DNA from: a virus
Taxonomy: Duplodnaviria; Caudoviricetes
Length of the DNA stretch: 25,700 bases
Reading direction: 5' to 3' (one strand)
Virus record (IMG/VR): IMGVR_UViG_3300038530_001723
Span: 1-25,700 of that record
In this document: piece by piece, positions 16,176-24,263 of the stretch
How positions within the stretch are numbered: the stretch's first letter is position 1
How the letters are laid out: the number at the start of each line of letters is the position of its first letter
Translations under genes and position numbers: made by a program
Notes under the pieces: model-generated
Seen by the model: only the letters and a program-made list of their open reading frames with translations
Databases searched by the model: none
Told to the model about the DNA's origin: nothing

Positions 16176-16838
16176 ATGTCCATAATGACAGGCTTTGCCA
16201 TATTAGTTGGTGAAGCCATAATAGGTTTCTACAAAAGAGTTCACGCAATTAACTTCGGAGTCTATGGTTCTACAATGGTTGGTAAAACAACTTTGAGTCA
16301 TCAACTTAGAACAAGGGGGGAAGTTCCCACAATAAACGATAGGACAGTTGGCTTACATAGAGCCACTAGAAAGAATGTTAAGATTGATGGTGATTCTCAT
16401 ACAATTAAGAGTGCTGATTTAGGAGGAGAAGCAATCTATTGGAAAGAATGGGTTAAGGACATGCAAAAGCGTAGGGTGAAGTATATCATTTTCATGATAG
16501 ACCACAGACACTTAGATTCACCTTCTAATTTAGACCACCAATTAGCATGGAAGTTTTTAGTAGATACTATTGTGGCAGATAAATGGCCTTCGGGTAGAAA
16601 GAAAAAAGAAGCAGACTATCCTATGGCTGTTGGTATATGGGCTAACAAATATGATATGTGGGGAGATAAATACAAAAGCGATAAGCCCATAGATAAACAT
16701 GAAATATTTGAACCATTTACATACGGGATGAGGCAGTTGAATGACAAGGGCATACCTTGTTTCAAATATATAGTATCAGCAAAGTCTGACCCCGAAATGG
16801 TGTATAAGGGAATTACTAGTATGATAAAAGATTATTGA
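16176..16838 (+). CDS. Ras-superfamily small GTPase, Arf/Sar1-like
   Basis: G1 GSTMVGKT, G2 RTVG, G3 DLGGE followed by YWKEW, IIFMID strand, G4 ANKYD, G5 SAK. N-terminal hydrophobic/amphipathic helix. ATG 16176 lies 5 nt after GGTGA. Confidence 0.9.
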   Translation: MSIMTGFAILVGEAIIGFYKRVHAINFGVYGSTMVGKTTLSHQLRTRGEVPTINDRTVGLHRATRKNVKIDGDSHTIKSADLGGEAIYWKEWVKDMQKRRVKYIIFMIDHRHLDSPSNLDHQLAWKFLVDTIVADKWPSGRKKKEADYPMAVGIWANKYDMWGDKYKSDKPIDKHEIFEPFTYGMRQLNDKGIPCFKYIVSAKSDPEMVYKGITSMIKDY

Positions 16839-16848
16839 GGAATAAAAG

Positions 16849-17484
16849 ATGTATCAGCAACCAAATTTGATAAACACGCAACAAGCAAAGAACGCCTTTT
16901 TGCCTAAACTACAGCAGTATAGAGCAGTTGGGCCAATTGAAGATTATAAGTTTGATGCGCTAAAACCAAAGAAGCAAATGAAAGAAATAAGAAAAGTATT
17001 GCTACCGGAAAAGAAGCAAATGTTGTTTTTGAAGTATGGTCACAAGTTTAACTTTAAAGATAGATGTGTAGTATGTGGAACTCACCATATTTGGGAGTCC
17101 GGTGATTATCTAAGACCACCAATACCATTAGATAAGGTAGAGAAAGGAAGACCACTTAGAGGAACTTACTGCCCTAGACATGCGGCTATCCATAAGCAAA
17201 TGGAAATGCTACAACAACAAATATTAGCAGATGAACATGGGCTAGATTTCAAGGCATTTATTCCTAAAGCAAAAATGCCTAATATGTTAAAAAGACAACA
17301 AATAACTGACCTAACAAAAGAAGATGTTATGAGGCTGACTAGCATGGGATGGACTATAACGCCACCAACACCGGCTAAGGATGCAGAATCACAAATGGCA
17401 GAACTAGTTAGATTAAATACGGAAATACAATTAAATACAGAAAGGATAAATCATTTACTAAAGGGAGCGCAAGGTGAGGAATAA
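16849..17484 (+). CDS. Putative Zn-finger protein with C-terminal coiled coil
   Basis: C-x2-C-x31-C-x2-H (CVVC...CPRH). GAGGA SD; 10 nt after the GTPase stop. Confidence 0.7.
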   Translation: MYQQPNLINTQQAKNAFLPKLQQYRAVGPIEDYKFDALKPKKQMKEIRKVLLPEKKQMLFLKYGHKFNFKDRCVVCGTHHIWESGDYLRPPIPLDKVEKGRPLRGTYCPRHAAIHKQMEMLQQQILADEHGLDFKAFIPKAKMPNMLKRQQITDLTKEDVMRLTSMGWTITPPTPAKDAESQMAELVRLNTEIQLNTERINHLLKGAQGEE

Positions 17485-18149
17485 TGGGACTATTTGGAAC
17501 AAGCAATGGAACAGTTTTAGGAGCAGTTCAACAACAAAGCGACCAACAATTCAAGAATGTAAATAACTTACTTTCTTTACAGGATAATCATGTTGAAGAG
17601 TTCTTTCAATATCATGGTCAAATGTTTTTGACACAGATGGAGAAACTTATGGAAGATGTTGTAGAAAGAGTAGTTAGTAAGATGTTGGCTAAGTTACAAT
17701 TTACAACTGATTCTACAACTGGAATGTTAAAGATACACAATGATGCTATGCGAGAGTTTGAGAAAATTACTCAAGAAAACATTGAGTTGGATATTAAGAA
17801 TATATTAGATGCGGCAATCAATACAGAAGTAGTTAATCAAAGAAAGTTGGCAAAGCAACAATACCTAGAATCTCAAGGATTTAGCGGTGGCGGTGGTATG
17901 CAAATGGCACAACCAACTGCTACTGCGGCAATAGCAGGATTAACAGGTAATATGCAACAATACCAACAAATGCAAGGTGCTATGAATAATGGTAGCGGCT
18001 ATCCCATTCCACCATCGGGAACTGATAACTATGGAAGGCCATATTGGATAGATGCTCAAGGACAGATGAGTTACGAACCTCCACAAAGCGGATTGGGTTT
18101 AGGTAGTGCTATACAAAAAGGTGCGGCTTGGGCTAAATGGTTGATGTGA
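17484..18149 (+). CDS. Helical protein with Q/G-rich linker and amphipathic termini
   Basis: 221 aa, starts MGLFG and ends LGSAIQKGAAWAKWLM. TAATG overlap and GGTGAGG SD. Confidence 0.75.
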   Translation: MGLFGTSNGTVLGAVQQQSDQQFKNVNNLLSLQDNHVEEFFQYHGQMFLTQMEKLMEDVVERVVSKMLAKLQFTTDSTTGMLKIHNDAMREFEKITQENIELDIKNILDAAINTEVVNQRKLAKQQYLESQGFSGGGGMQMAQPTATAAIAGLTGNMQQYQQMQGAMNNGSGYPIPPSGTDNYGRPYWIDAQGQMSYEPPQSGLGLGSAIQKGAAWAKWLM

Positions 18150-18161
18150 AGGTGATTAATT

Positions 18162-19985
18162 TTGAAAATCACTATTGCCGGTAAAGAGGTTGATGACTTT
18201 ACTAAAAAAAAGTTACTTGAGGACTTTAAGAAATATTTAGTTCAACCTTTACTAAAGAGCAATAATGCTAAGATTGACCGTATTGACAATATATACGATA
18301 TAGATAGTATAGAAACTTACAATAGTGACGAGGAAATCTTGAAAGAATATAAAGAAATTTATCAGCAAGTTCTTCAAGATTTAGAAAAAATAAAACTAAA
18401 TGAATTAATTAAAGACGAAACAGTTTCAGAAAGATTTGATTTTTTAAATGAAACAGAAATGGGTAAGTTACAATTAAATCAATTAGATGGTCAAGTGACT
18501 AGAAAATTATTGGGAGATGTGGCTGAAACGCAAGAAGCGGAAGTTAAATTGAAAATGGGATTAGATGATTTTAATAGTTACTTTGAAAAATTATATGAAG
18601 AACCAAAAGAAACTGACACAAAAAAACCAAACCAAAAAGAAAAAATACTAAAAATAAATGAATTTACAAACTTTACAGAACTAGATAAATTTAAAAAATT
18701 AAGAGAGTTGGGTTTTGTTGATATTTCTATTTCCGAAGCAAATGTAGCCAACTACGATAGTTACGGTAAGTTGAATCCTTCAGCATCGGAAATGGGAACT
18801 CCCTCGAGAAGTTTATTCTATCAAAATATCATTCCTATTTATCGTGGAAAACAAACATCACCACTTGGGCCAAATAGCAAAGTGGATGCTATGATTTACA
18901 AATTTGGCATAGAATTTGAATCAAAAGGAATTGGAAAAGAAATGGCCGAGCAATACAAAAAAACACTTAATGCTATACAGTCAATAAATCAAGATGTAGG
19001 AGATAAAGAATCATTTAGAACCGTATATGTAGATGAACTATATTTAGAAATAGAAAGAATAGAAAAAAAGGATAGAAAAAAATTAGAAGAATTTGAAGAA
19101 ACATTTGATGTCACTGTTAATGTTACCGAAGACGGTAAGGAAGTGATATTTGATAAAAAAGGGAGACCTGCTATTACTAAACCTAAAAGAAATATAGATG
19201 TCCTTAGTGAAGAAGACCGTAAAAAAATAAAAGCAAAACTAAGTAAGATAAAAACTAAATCAAAAAAAGAAATTTTCAAAGAAGCATCCGAACAAATTAT
19301 TTCTCCTATTTTAGCAAAAAGGCTAAAACAATTAAAGAAAGATATAGATAGCATAGCCAAAGGTGGAAAGAAGATAAGCATTGGCGACCTTCTCGGATTA
19401 CCTACACTAAATAAAAGTTTAGAGACAGACGAACTTATTGACGGTGCAAGATATTCCATATTTAAAACAACCACACAAAAAAGCAGACCACCGGAACAAA
19501 ACAATTTACCCAAAAGCCCTCAAATAAAACAAGGCAAAATCTCATTTACAACAGAAGTAAAGAAATTTTTGTTGCCATTGTTTGAGGCAAAAAAGGAATA
19601 CATAGAAAATAAAGAAATGGAAATGTTTGGTTCAGGTAAGCAATACTACGACAAACAAGATGTAGCAAAAAAAGCATATACTGAAACAAAAGAATTTGCT
19701 AACAAACACTTTGAAATTTACATGAATGACTTAGAAAATGTTTATGATTTTACACTAATAGTAAGAGAAAGAACATTAAAAGACGGCACAAAAAAATATG
19801 AAATAAATAGAATACAGGCTAGACCAAGAAAAATAAATTTCAAAGGCGGTGGAAGATTTAGTTACGGGGGTAAGACGGTTCAATCAATTACTAGAGGTGA
19901 CAAAATACAACAAGAGCAACAATTGAATACAGTTATTTTGTCTATAAAAAGAAGATTTAAAAACTTAAAAACGGGGTTAGAGTAA
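18162..19985 (+). CDS. Large K/E-rich hypothetical protein
   Basis: 607-aa ORF, TTG start after AGGTGA, A-rich. No motif recognised. Confidence 0.75.
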   Translation: MKITIAGKEVDDFTKKKLLEDFKKYLVQPLLKSNNAKIDRIDNIYDIDSIETYNSDEEILKEYKEIYQQVLQDLEKIKLNELIKDETVSERFDFLNETEMGKLQLNQLDGQVTRKLLGDVAETQEAEVKLKMGLDDFNSYFEKLYEEPKETDTKKPNQKEKILKINEFTNFTELDKFKKLRELGFVDISISEANVANYDSYGKLNPSASEMGTPSRSLFYQNIIPIYRGKQTSPLGPNSKVDAMIYKFGIEFESKGIGKEMAEQYKKTLNAIQSINQDVGDKESFRTVYVDELYLEIERIEKKDRKKLEEFEETFDVTVNVTEDGKEVIFDKKGRPAITKPKRNIDVLSEEDRKKIKAKLSKIKTKSKKEIFKEASEQIISPILAKRLKQLKKDIDSIAKGGKKISIGDLLGLPTLNKSLETDELIDGARYSIFKTTTQKSRPPEQNNLPKSPQIKQGKISFTTEVKKFLLPLFEAKKEYIENKEMEMFGSGKQYYDKQDVAKKAYTETKEFANKHFEIYMNDLENVYDFTLIVRERTLKDGTKKYEINRIQARPRKINFKGGGRFSYGGKTVQSITRGDKIQQEQQLNTVILSIKRRFKNLKTGLE

Positions 19986-19986
19986 C

Positions 19987-21105
19987 ATGGCAATAGCATC
20001 ATCACCAAGCGACTATACATCTATTGATGTTGATTATTCAACAGGTAAAGGATTCTATACTGATAAAGATGCAGTATCGGATATGCTACAGATACCTGCA
20101 TTTACATCTTCTACTTTTCCTAGTCAAGCACAAGTTGGTAAGATTATAAAAAATATAGAGGGTATGGTTGATGACAAAGTAAAGCGTTCATATAGACCCA
20201 TTATACACAAGGATGAGTTTCATGATTTTGAATTCGTTAGACATCCAATGCAAGCATACTATGGTGGCTATGTTGGTTTTATACAACTAGCAACTATGAA
20301 ACTAAAGAAAGTTATATCTCTCAAAGTTTGGCAAGGTAATAGTTATCTTGAGTTAGCATCAGCCCAAGCAAGTGTTACACTAGACCCCGATAACTTTCAA
20401 CACCTTAGAAAAATAACATTACAATTACCAAATAACGGAGATACTTTTGAATTGTTTTTTCACGGAGAGGGAACAATGGCCGCACACAATACATTTGATA
20501 GTAGATTTGGTGCAAAGACAACGGCAAGAGATATTTGTCATTTAATCAATGAAGAGTTCCCTGCTAATACTGCACAGTTCACAGGGGCTAATAGAGAAAA
20601 AGAGAGGACATCCTCTCCTAATGGGTTAAGCATAAGTGATTTCTTTTATGCTTCAATAGACCCTGATGATGGATATAAAATTAATATTTCAAGTCTGTTA
20701 GCAGGGGAAGATGGTTCGGGATGCACGATTACACTCACAGATAAAGCAGGGCAGAACTCACAATCCTCTTCGGAGATATTTACTGATAAGCAAGACATGA
20801 AAAGATTAGGTAGTTTTTGGAGTATCAAAGATGACGGTAGGATATTCTTTTTGAGAGATTATCCATATCATACTCAAAACTCTATCATTGTTACATATGT
20901 TGCAGGTTCAAGCCGTGTGCCATCGGCTATACACAAAGCCACAACAATGCTAGTAGCGGCTGAATTATTACGACACGATGACCAAACAATTATGATTGCT
21001 GAAACAGGCGGTAATATTACCACTAAAGAAAAATACGATATTCTAACTAAAGAGGCTATGGATATACTGAAAGGAAAGGGTGATTTAGTTTATTTACTTG
21101 AGTGA
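19987..21105 (+). CDS. Head-tail adaptor (SPP1 gp15/HK97 gp6-like) with inserted domain
   Basis: N-terminal FYTDKDAVSDML helix; C-terminal IIVTYVAGSSRVPSAIHKATTMLVAAELL, typical of connectors. Lies before the tail genes. Confidence 0.72.
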   Translation: MAIASSPSDYTSIDVDYSTGKGFYTDKDAVSDMLQIPAFTSSTFPSQAQVGKIIKNIEGMVDDKVKRSYRPIIHKDEFHDFEFVRHPMQAYYGGYVGFIQLATMKLKKVISLKVWQGNSYLELASAQASVTLDPDNFQHLRKITLQLPNNGDTFELFFHGEGTMAAHNTFDSRFGAKTTARDICHLINEEFPANTAQFTGANREKERTSSPNGLSISDFFYASIDPDDGYKINISSLLAGEDGSGCTITLTDKAGQNSQSSSEIFTDKQDMKRLGSFWSIKDDGRIFFLRDYPYHTQNSIIVTYVAGSSRVPSAIHKATTMLVAAELLRHDDQTIMIAETGGNITTKEKYDILTKEAMDILKGKGDLVYLLE

Positions 21106-21110
21106 TTGCT

Positions 21111-21308
21111 ATGCAAGAGATACAATTGTTCAAGAAATTTTTAGAGATAGAAATGGAAAGACAAAAAGCCATGCAGGAACTTTCGGAAACATTAGGAATA
21201 GATGTATCATTTAGCAACGAAGAAATGCTAAAAAACGCACAGGATAGTTTTGTAAAAGCAATATCACAAAGAATAAATGAAGACTTACAAAAAGCATTGA
21301 GGATTTAA
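21111..21308 (+). CDS. Small hypothetical neck-region protein
   Basis: ATG 21111 after GAGTGA; helical; stop abuts the next ATG. Confidence 0.6.
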   Translation: MQEIQLFKKFLEIEMERQKAMQELSETLGIDVSFSNEEMLKNAQDSFVKAISQRINEDLQKALRI

Positions 21309-21309
21309 T

Positions 21310-21819
21310 ATGGATGAAGTAAGTTTACTTATAGATTTAGTTTCAAGTAAATGGAGTTCTTCTGTTACAACTTTAATTAGCGAAGGAAAGATAACTGCTG
21401 ACCATGCAGGAACTCCTAATTTCGTTGATGTTAGAACACTAGATAAGAATAGAGGAGTTAGATATGATTTAACTGCTAAAGATGTGATTGTATTTTTCGA
21501 AGACTCACAAAGTTTAGAATATCCAACAGTCCACTTTGATGTGAGAAATGAAACTTATTCATTTACAATGCACATAAGAACAATACATGATGAAAGAGCA
21601 GGGACAGATGCCGCCTTTGGTAAAGACAGGCTAAAGGCTTTATACTTGATAGCCCGTCATACGCTTGAGCGAGGTCGTAGAGGATATACTGCAAGTGATG
21701 GTTCTAAATTTCATCAAGTGTTTGTAGGGTCAAGAAGTGAAAGTAACGACAGGGCAAAGAGGTTATTTGGATATAAATTGACAGTAGAAACAAAACGATT
21801 CGCATTAAGTATTCCCTAG
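21310..21819 (+). CDS. Probable tail terminator/tail completion protein
   Basis: 169-aa alpha/beta protein directly upstream of the tail tube gene; call based on size and synteny. Confidence 0.55.
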   Translation: MDEVSLLIDLVSSKWSSSVTTLISEGKITADHAGTPNFVDVRTLDKNRGVRYDLTAKDVIVFFEDSQSLEYPTVHFDVRNETYSFTMHIRTIHDERAGTDAAFGKDRLKALYLIARHTLERGRRGYTASDGSKFHQVFVGSRSESNDRAKRLFGYKLTVETKRFALSIP

Positions 21820-21848
21820 TAAGTTTGTAAGGAGAGGGGAGATAAAGC

Positions 21849-23492
21849 ATGACAACAGAAGACATATTTTTAGGAAGCCAAGCAAGTTTAACAATGATAC
21901 CCGAAGTGGATTTATTTATCAATATAGACCATAGCGCATCGGGAACAGACTTTACAAATAAAGTCAAACTTAGAACTCATGGAGATTTTGAAAATTTATA
22001 TTTATTAGTAAACAATTTGTATGTTGGTTGCACTCTTGAATTATATGACAATGATGTTTCAACAACCACTCCTGCATCAACTCATACTATTACTGCTAAC
22101 GACCATCAAGATATAACAATTAGTCCTGCTCATTCAACCACTCTAGCAAATGGTGATTTTATACATATTAGAGGATATGGTGCGCCTTGTGTTGGCCCAA
22201 AAAACGCTTCTGTTAAAAGATTAAATGCTGATAATTGGCTAGGTCTTTTAGAAAGTGCTACATTTCCTAACTTAGAAGTTGAAATGAAACAACTTAACCT
22301 ATCTTTAGGTGGCTCAAGAAACTTTACTCACCAATACAAAGGTATCGAAACTGCTAGTGGAGGTAATCTAGCACTAGTAACTAATCACGGTGCATTTTTG
22401 TATTACGCTTTAGGTCGTTGCACTAAAGTTAATGCTACTTTAGAAAACCAAGCCGCAGGTAGTTTATTTACTGCTCACAACACAAGTTCTGTTGATGATA
22501 GAAGGTTTGTTTATATTGATGCCGCAAATGGTGGTGCGGCTAGCGACCATGATGTTACCGAATTTTTAGAACAAGGGCCAATATTTTACAAATCAGTTAG
22601 AAGCGGAACTACACTAATGCCTCCTATTCTTCATCCTTTAGATGCTACAAGCGATTTAGAATTATTACAAAGAGCGATAACTGACGGAACTACTGGTGCG
22701 GGAACAGACCATTTGATTACATATACTTTCAAAGAATCAAATGGAGAAAAACTACCTTCTTTCGCTTTAGAGCAAACTATGGCTAAGTCTAGCACATTAA
22801 CTACAAATACTGCTAATGATTTTGAAGACACTACTTTTGTTAGAATAGCAAGAGGTAATAGAGTCAATACATTAACTATGACGGCTAATGAAAATGAAGA
22901 AGTTAAAATGACTTTAGATTTAAACTCAAGGGCAGTTCATAAATTAGGAAAACAAGAGTCGTATGAAGCAAGAGGCGGTATATCGGATAATAGACAATTG
23001 TTTAACTTTGAACAAGCCAATGATAATAGCACTACTGACTTTGATGAAGAATTTTTAGAACCATTCTTTTTCTCAAGTGGTTTATTTAGTGTATTTGGAC
23101 AACAATTCCTAAAGGTTACAAACTTGACCCTAACAATAAATAACAATCTACAAGATAAAAGATTTATTGGTATTGGTAATAAATCAATTAAAGATGCTAT
23201 ACCTGCTCAAAGAACATATGAAGTTTCTTTTACTGCTATGGTAACAGATGATAGGTTGTTCGAAGAACTATTAGAACAAACAGAAGTGGGTAGTCCAAGT
23301 GATACTCTTCTTACTCTACAATTCGATAAAGCAAATGGAGAGCAAATATTAATCAAATTACAAGATTACTATTTAAGTGCGGCTAACTTTACAATACCCG
23401 ATGACAAAGGGCCAATTACAGTTGAAGGAACAGTTATGCCAAGAACATTAGAGTCTTGCACAGTTAAAACTCATTGGGTCTTGCAGGGGTGA
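21849..23492 (+). CDS. Major tail (tube) protein with extra domains
   Basis: 547 aa, T/S/N/G-rich. Tube-like segments LPSFALEQ, RVNTLTMTANENEEVKMTLD, VTNLTLTINNNL, RTYEVSFT. Lies upstream of the chaperones and TMP; no sheath gene seen. Confidence 0.78.
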   Translation: MTTEDIFLGSQASLTMIPEVDLFINIDHSASGTDFTNKVKLRTHGDFENLYLLVNNLYVGCTLELYDNDVSTTTPASTHTITANDHQDITISPAHSTTLANGDFIHIRGYGAPCVGPKNASVKRLNADNWLGLLESATFPNLEVEMKQLNLSLGGSRNFTHQYKGIETASGGNLALVTNHGAFLYYALGRCTKVNATLENQAAGSLFTAHNTSSVDDRRFVYIDAANGGAASDHDVTEFLEQGPIFYKSVRSGTTLMPPILHPLDATSDLELLQRAITDGTTGAGTDHLITYTFKESNGEKLPSFALEQTMAKSSTLTTNTANDFEDTTFVRIARGNRVNTLTMTANENEEVKMTLDLNSRAVHKLGKQESYEARGGISDNRQLFNFEQANDNSTTDFDEEFLEPFFFSSGLFSVFGQQFLKVTNLTLTINNNLQDKRFIGIGNKSIKDAIPAQRTYEVSFTAMVTDDRLFEELLEQTEVGSPSDTLLTLQFDKANGEQILIKLQDYYLSAANFTIPDDKGPITVEGTVMPRTLESCTVKTHWVLQG

Positions 23493-23496
23493 TTAA

Positions 23497-23622
23497 GTGG
23501 TTTCTAAAGAAGAAAAAAGAAAACTAGTCGCTGAAAAACTAAAAAAGACAAAAGCCCAACAAAAGGCTGATGCAAAAAAGAAGGCTAAGGAGGCAAAAAA
23601 AGAAACTCCAAAAGCCGAGTAA
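23497..23622 (+). CDS. 41-aa K/A/E-rich micro-protein (not in ORF track)
   Basis: GTG 23497 after GGGGTGA. Reads MVSKEEKRKLVAEKLKKTKAQQKADAKKKAKEAKKETPKAE*. Confidence 0.6.
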   Translation: MVSKEEKRKLVAEKLKKTKAQQKADAKKKAKEAKKETPKAE

Positions 23623-23676
23623 ACATAAATTCCACCAACACCGTTTGTTTGTTTGTTGGTTTTGAAGGTGGATAAT

Positions 23677-24042
23677 ATGACTGAAAAGAAAGTAATACAG
23701 AATAAGGATGCGCTATTTGCGCTACAAGAGCCTACGCTACACTATGTTAAAGTAGCACCCGACCAAGAAGAATATCTAAAAGTGTGGATAAAAGAACCTA
23801 CATGGTTAGAGGCTGAAAAGGCCATGAATAGCGTTATGAAGATAGATGCTAAAACACAAAATGTAGATATTGATATTAATGCAATGTATCGTTATATGGT
23901 CGAGAATTTTATTTCAAAAACAGAACCATCACTCTCAACACTTGATATGCTAAGGCTAAGTCCTTATGTTGGCAATCAATTAAAAGAAATCCTACCTAAC
24001 CCTATGAGCGTTTTAGAGGAGGATGACCAAAAAAACGAATGA
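23677..24042 (+). CDS. Tail assembly chaperone (lambda gpG-like)
   Basis: ATG 23677 after AGGTGGA. Lies between tail tube and TMP and ends in a slippery site. Confidence 0.75.
   Translation: MTEKKVIQNKDALFALQEPTLHYVKVAPDQEEYLKVWIKEPTWLEAEKAMNSVMKIDAKTQNVDIDINAMYRYMVENFISKTEPSLSTLDMLRLSPYVGNQLKEILPNPMSVLEEDDQKNE
24030..24036 (+). other. Programmed -1 ribosomal frameshift heptamer A AAA AAC
   Basis: Codons CAA AAA AAC GAA TGA give a correctly phased X XXY YYZ. The -1 frame reads AAA CGA ATG ATT into ORF 24039. Confidence 0.75.
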
Positions 24043-24263
24043 TTGAGAATGCTATTCGAGGTAAAAAAAGCACACCTCAAACAGCATTCTTAGTCTTAAC
24101 ATATACACTATCTGCGGCTTTATCTATAAGCCCGTTAGAAGTTTATAAAATGCCAAGTAGTTTAGTTATGGATTTATTAGCAGTTCACTTTACTGTGGAA
24201 AAGATTAAACATGAAGAAATAGAGAAAGCACAAAAAGAGGCGGGTAATAAGAGTGGCCGATGA
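24039..24263 (+). CDS. Tail assembly chaperone C-terminal extension (gpT-like)
   Basis: -1 frame relative to the upstream gene. LSISPLEVYKMP resembles gpGT-type C-terminal segments. Overlaps the TMP start. Confidence 0.68.
   Translation: MIENAIRGKKSTPQTAFLVLTYTLSAALSISPLEVYKMPSSLVMDLLAVHFTVEKIKHEEIEKAQKEAGNKSGR

Noticed and set aside
16176-16838. P-loop protein as terminase or packaging ATPase
   Set aside because: It has NKxD and SAK guanine-specificity motifs and DxxG; no terminase gene is visible in this window.
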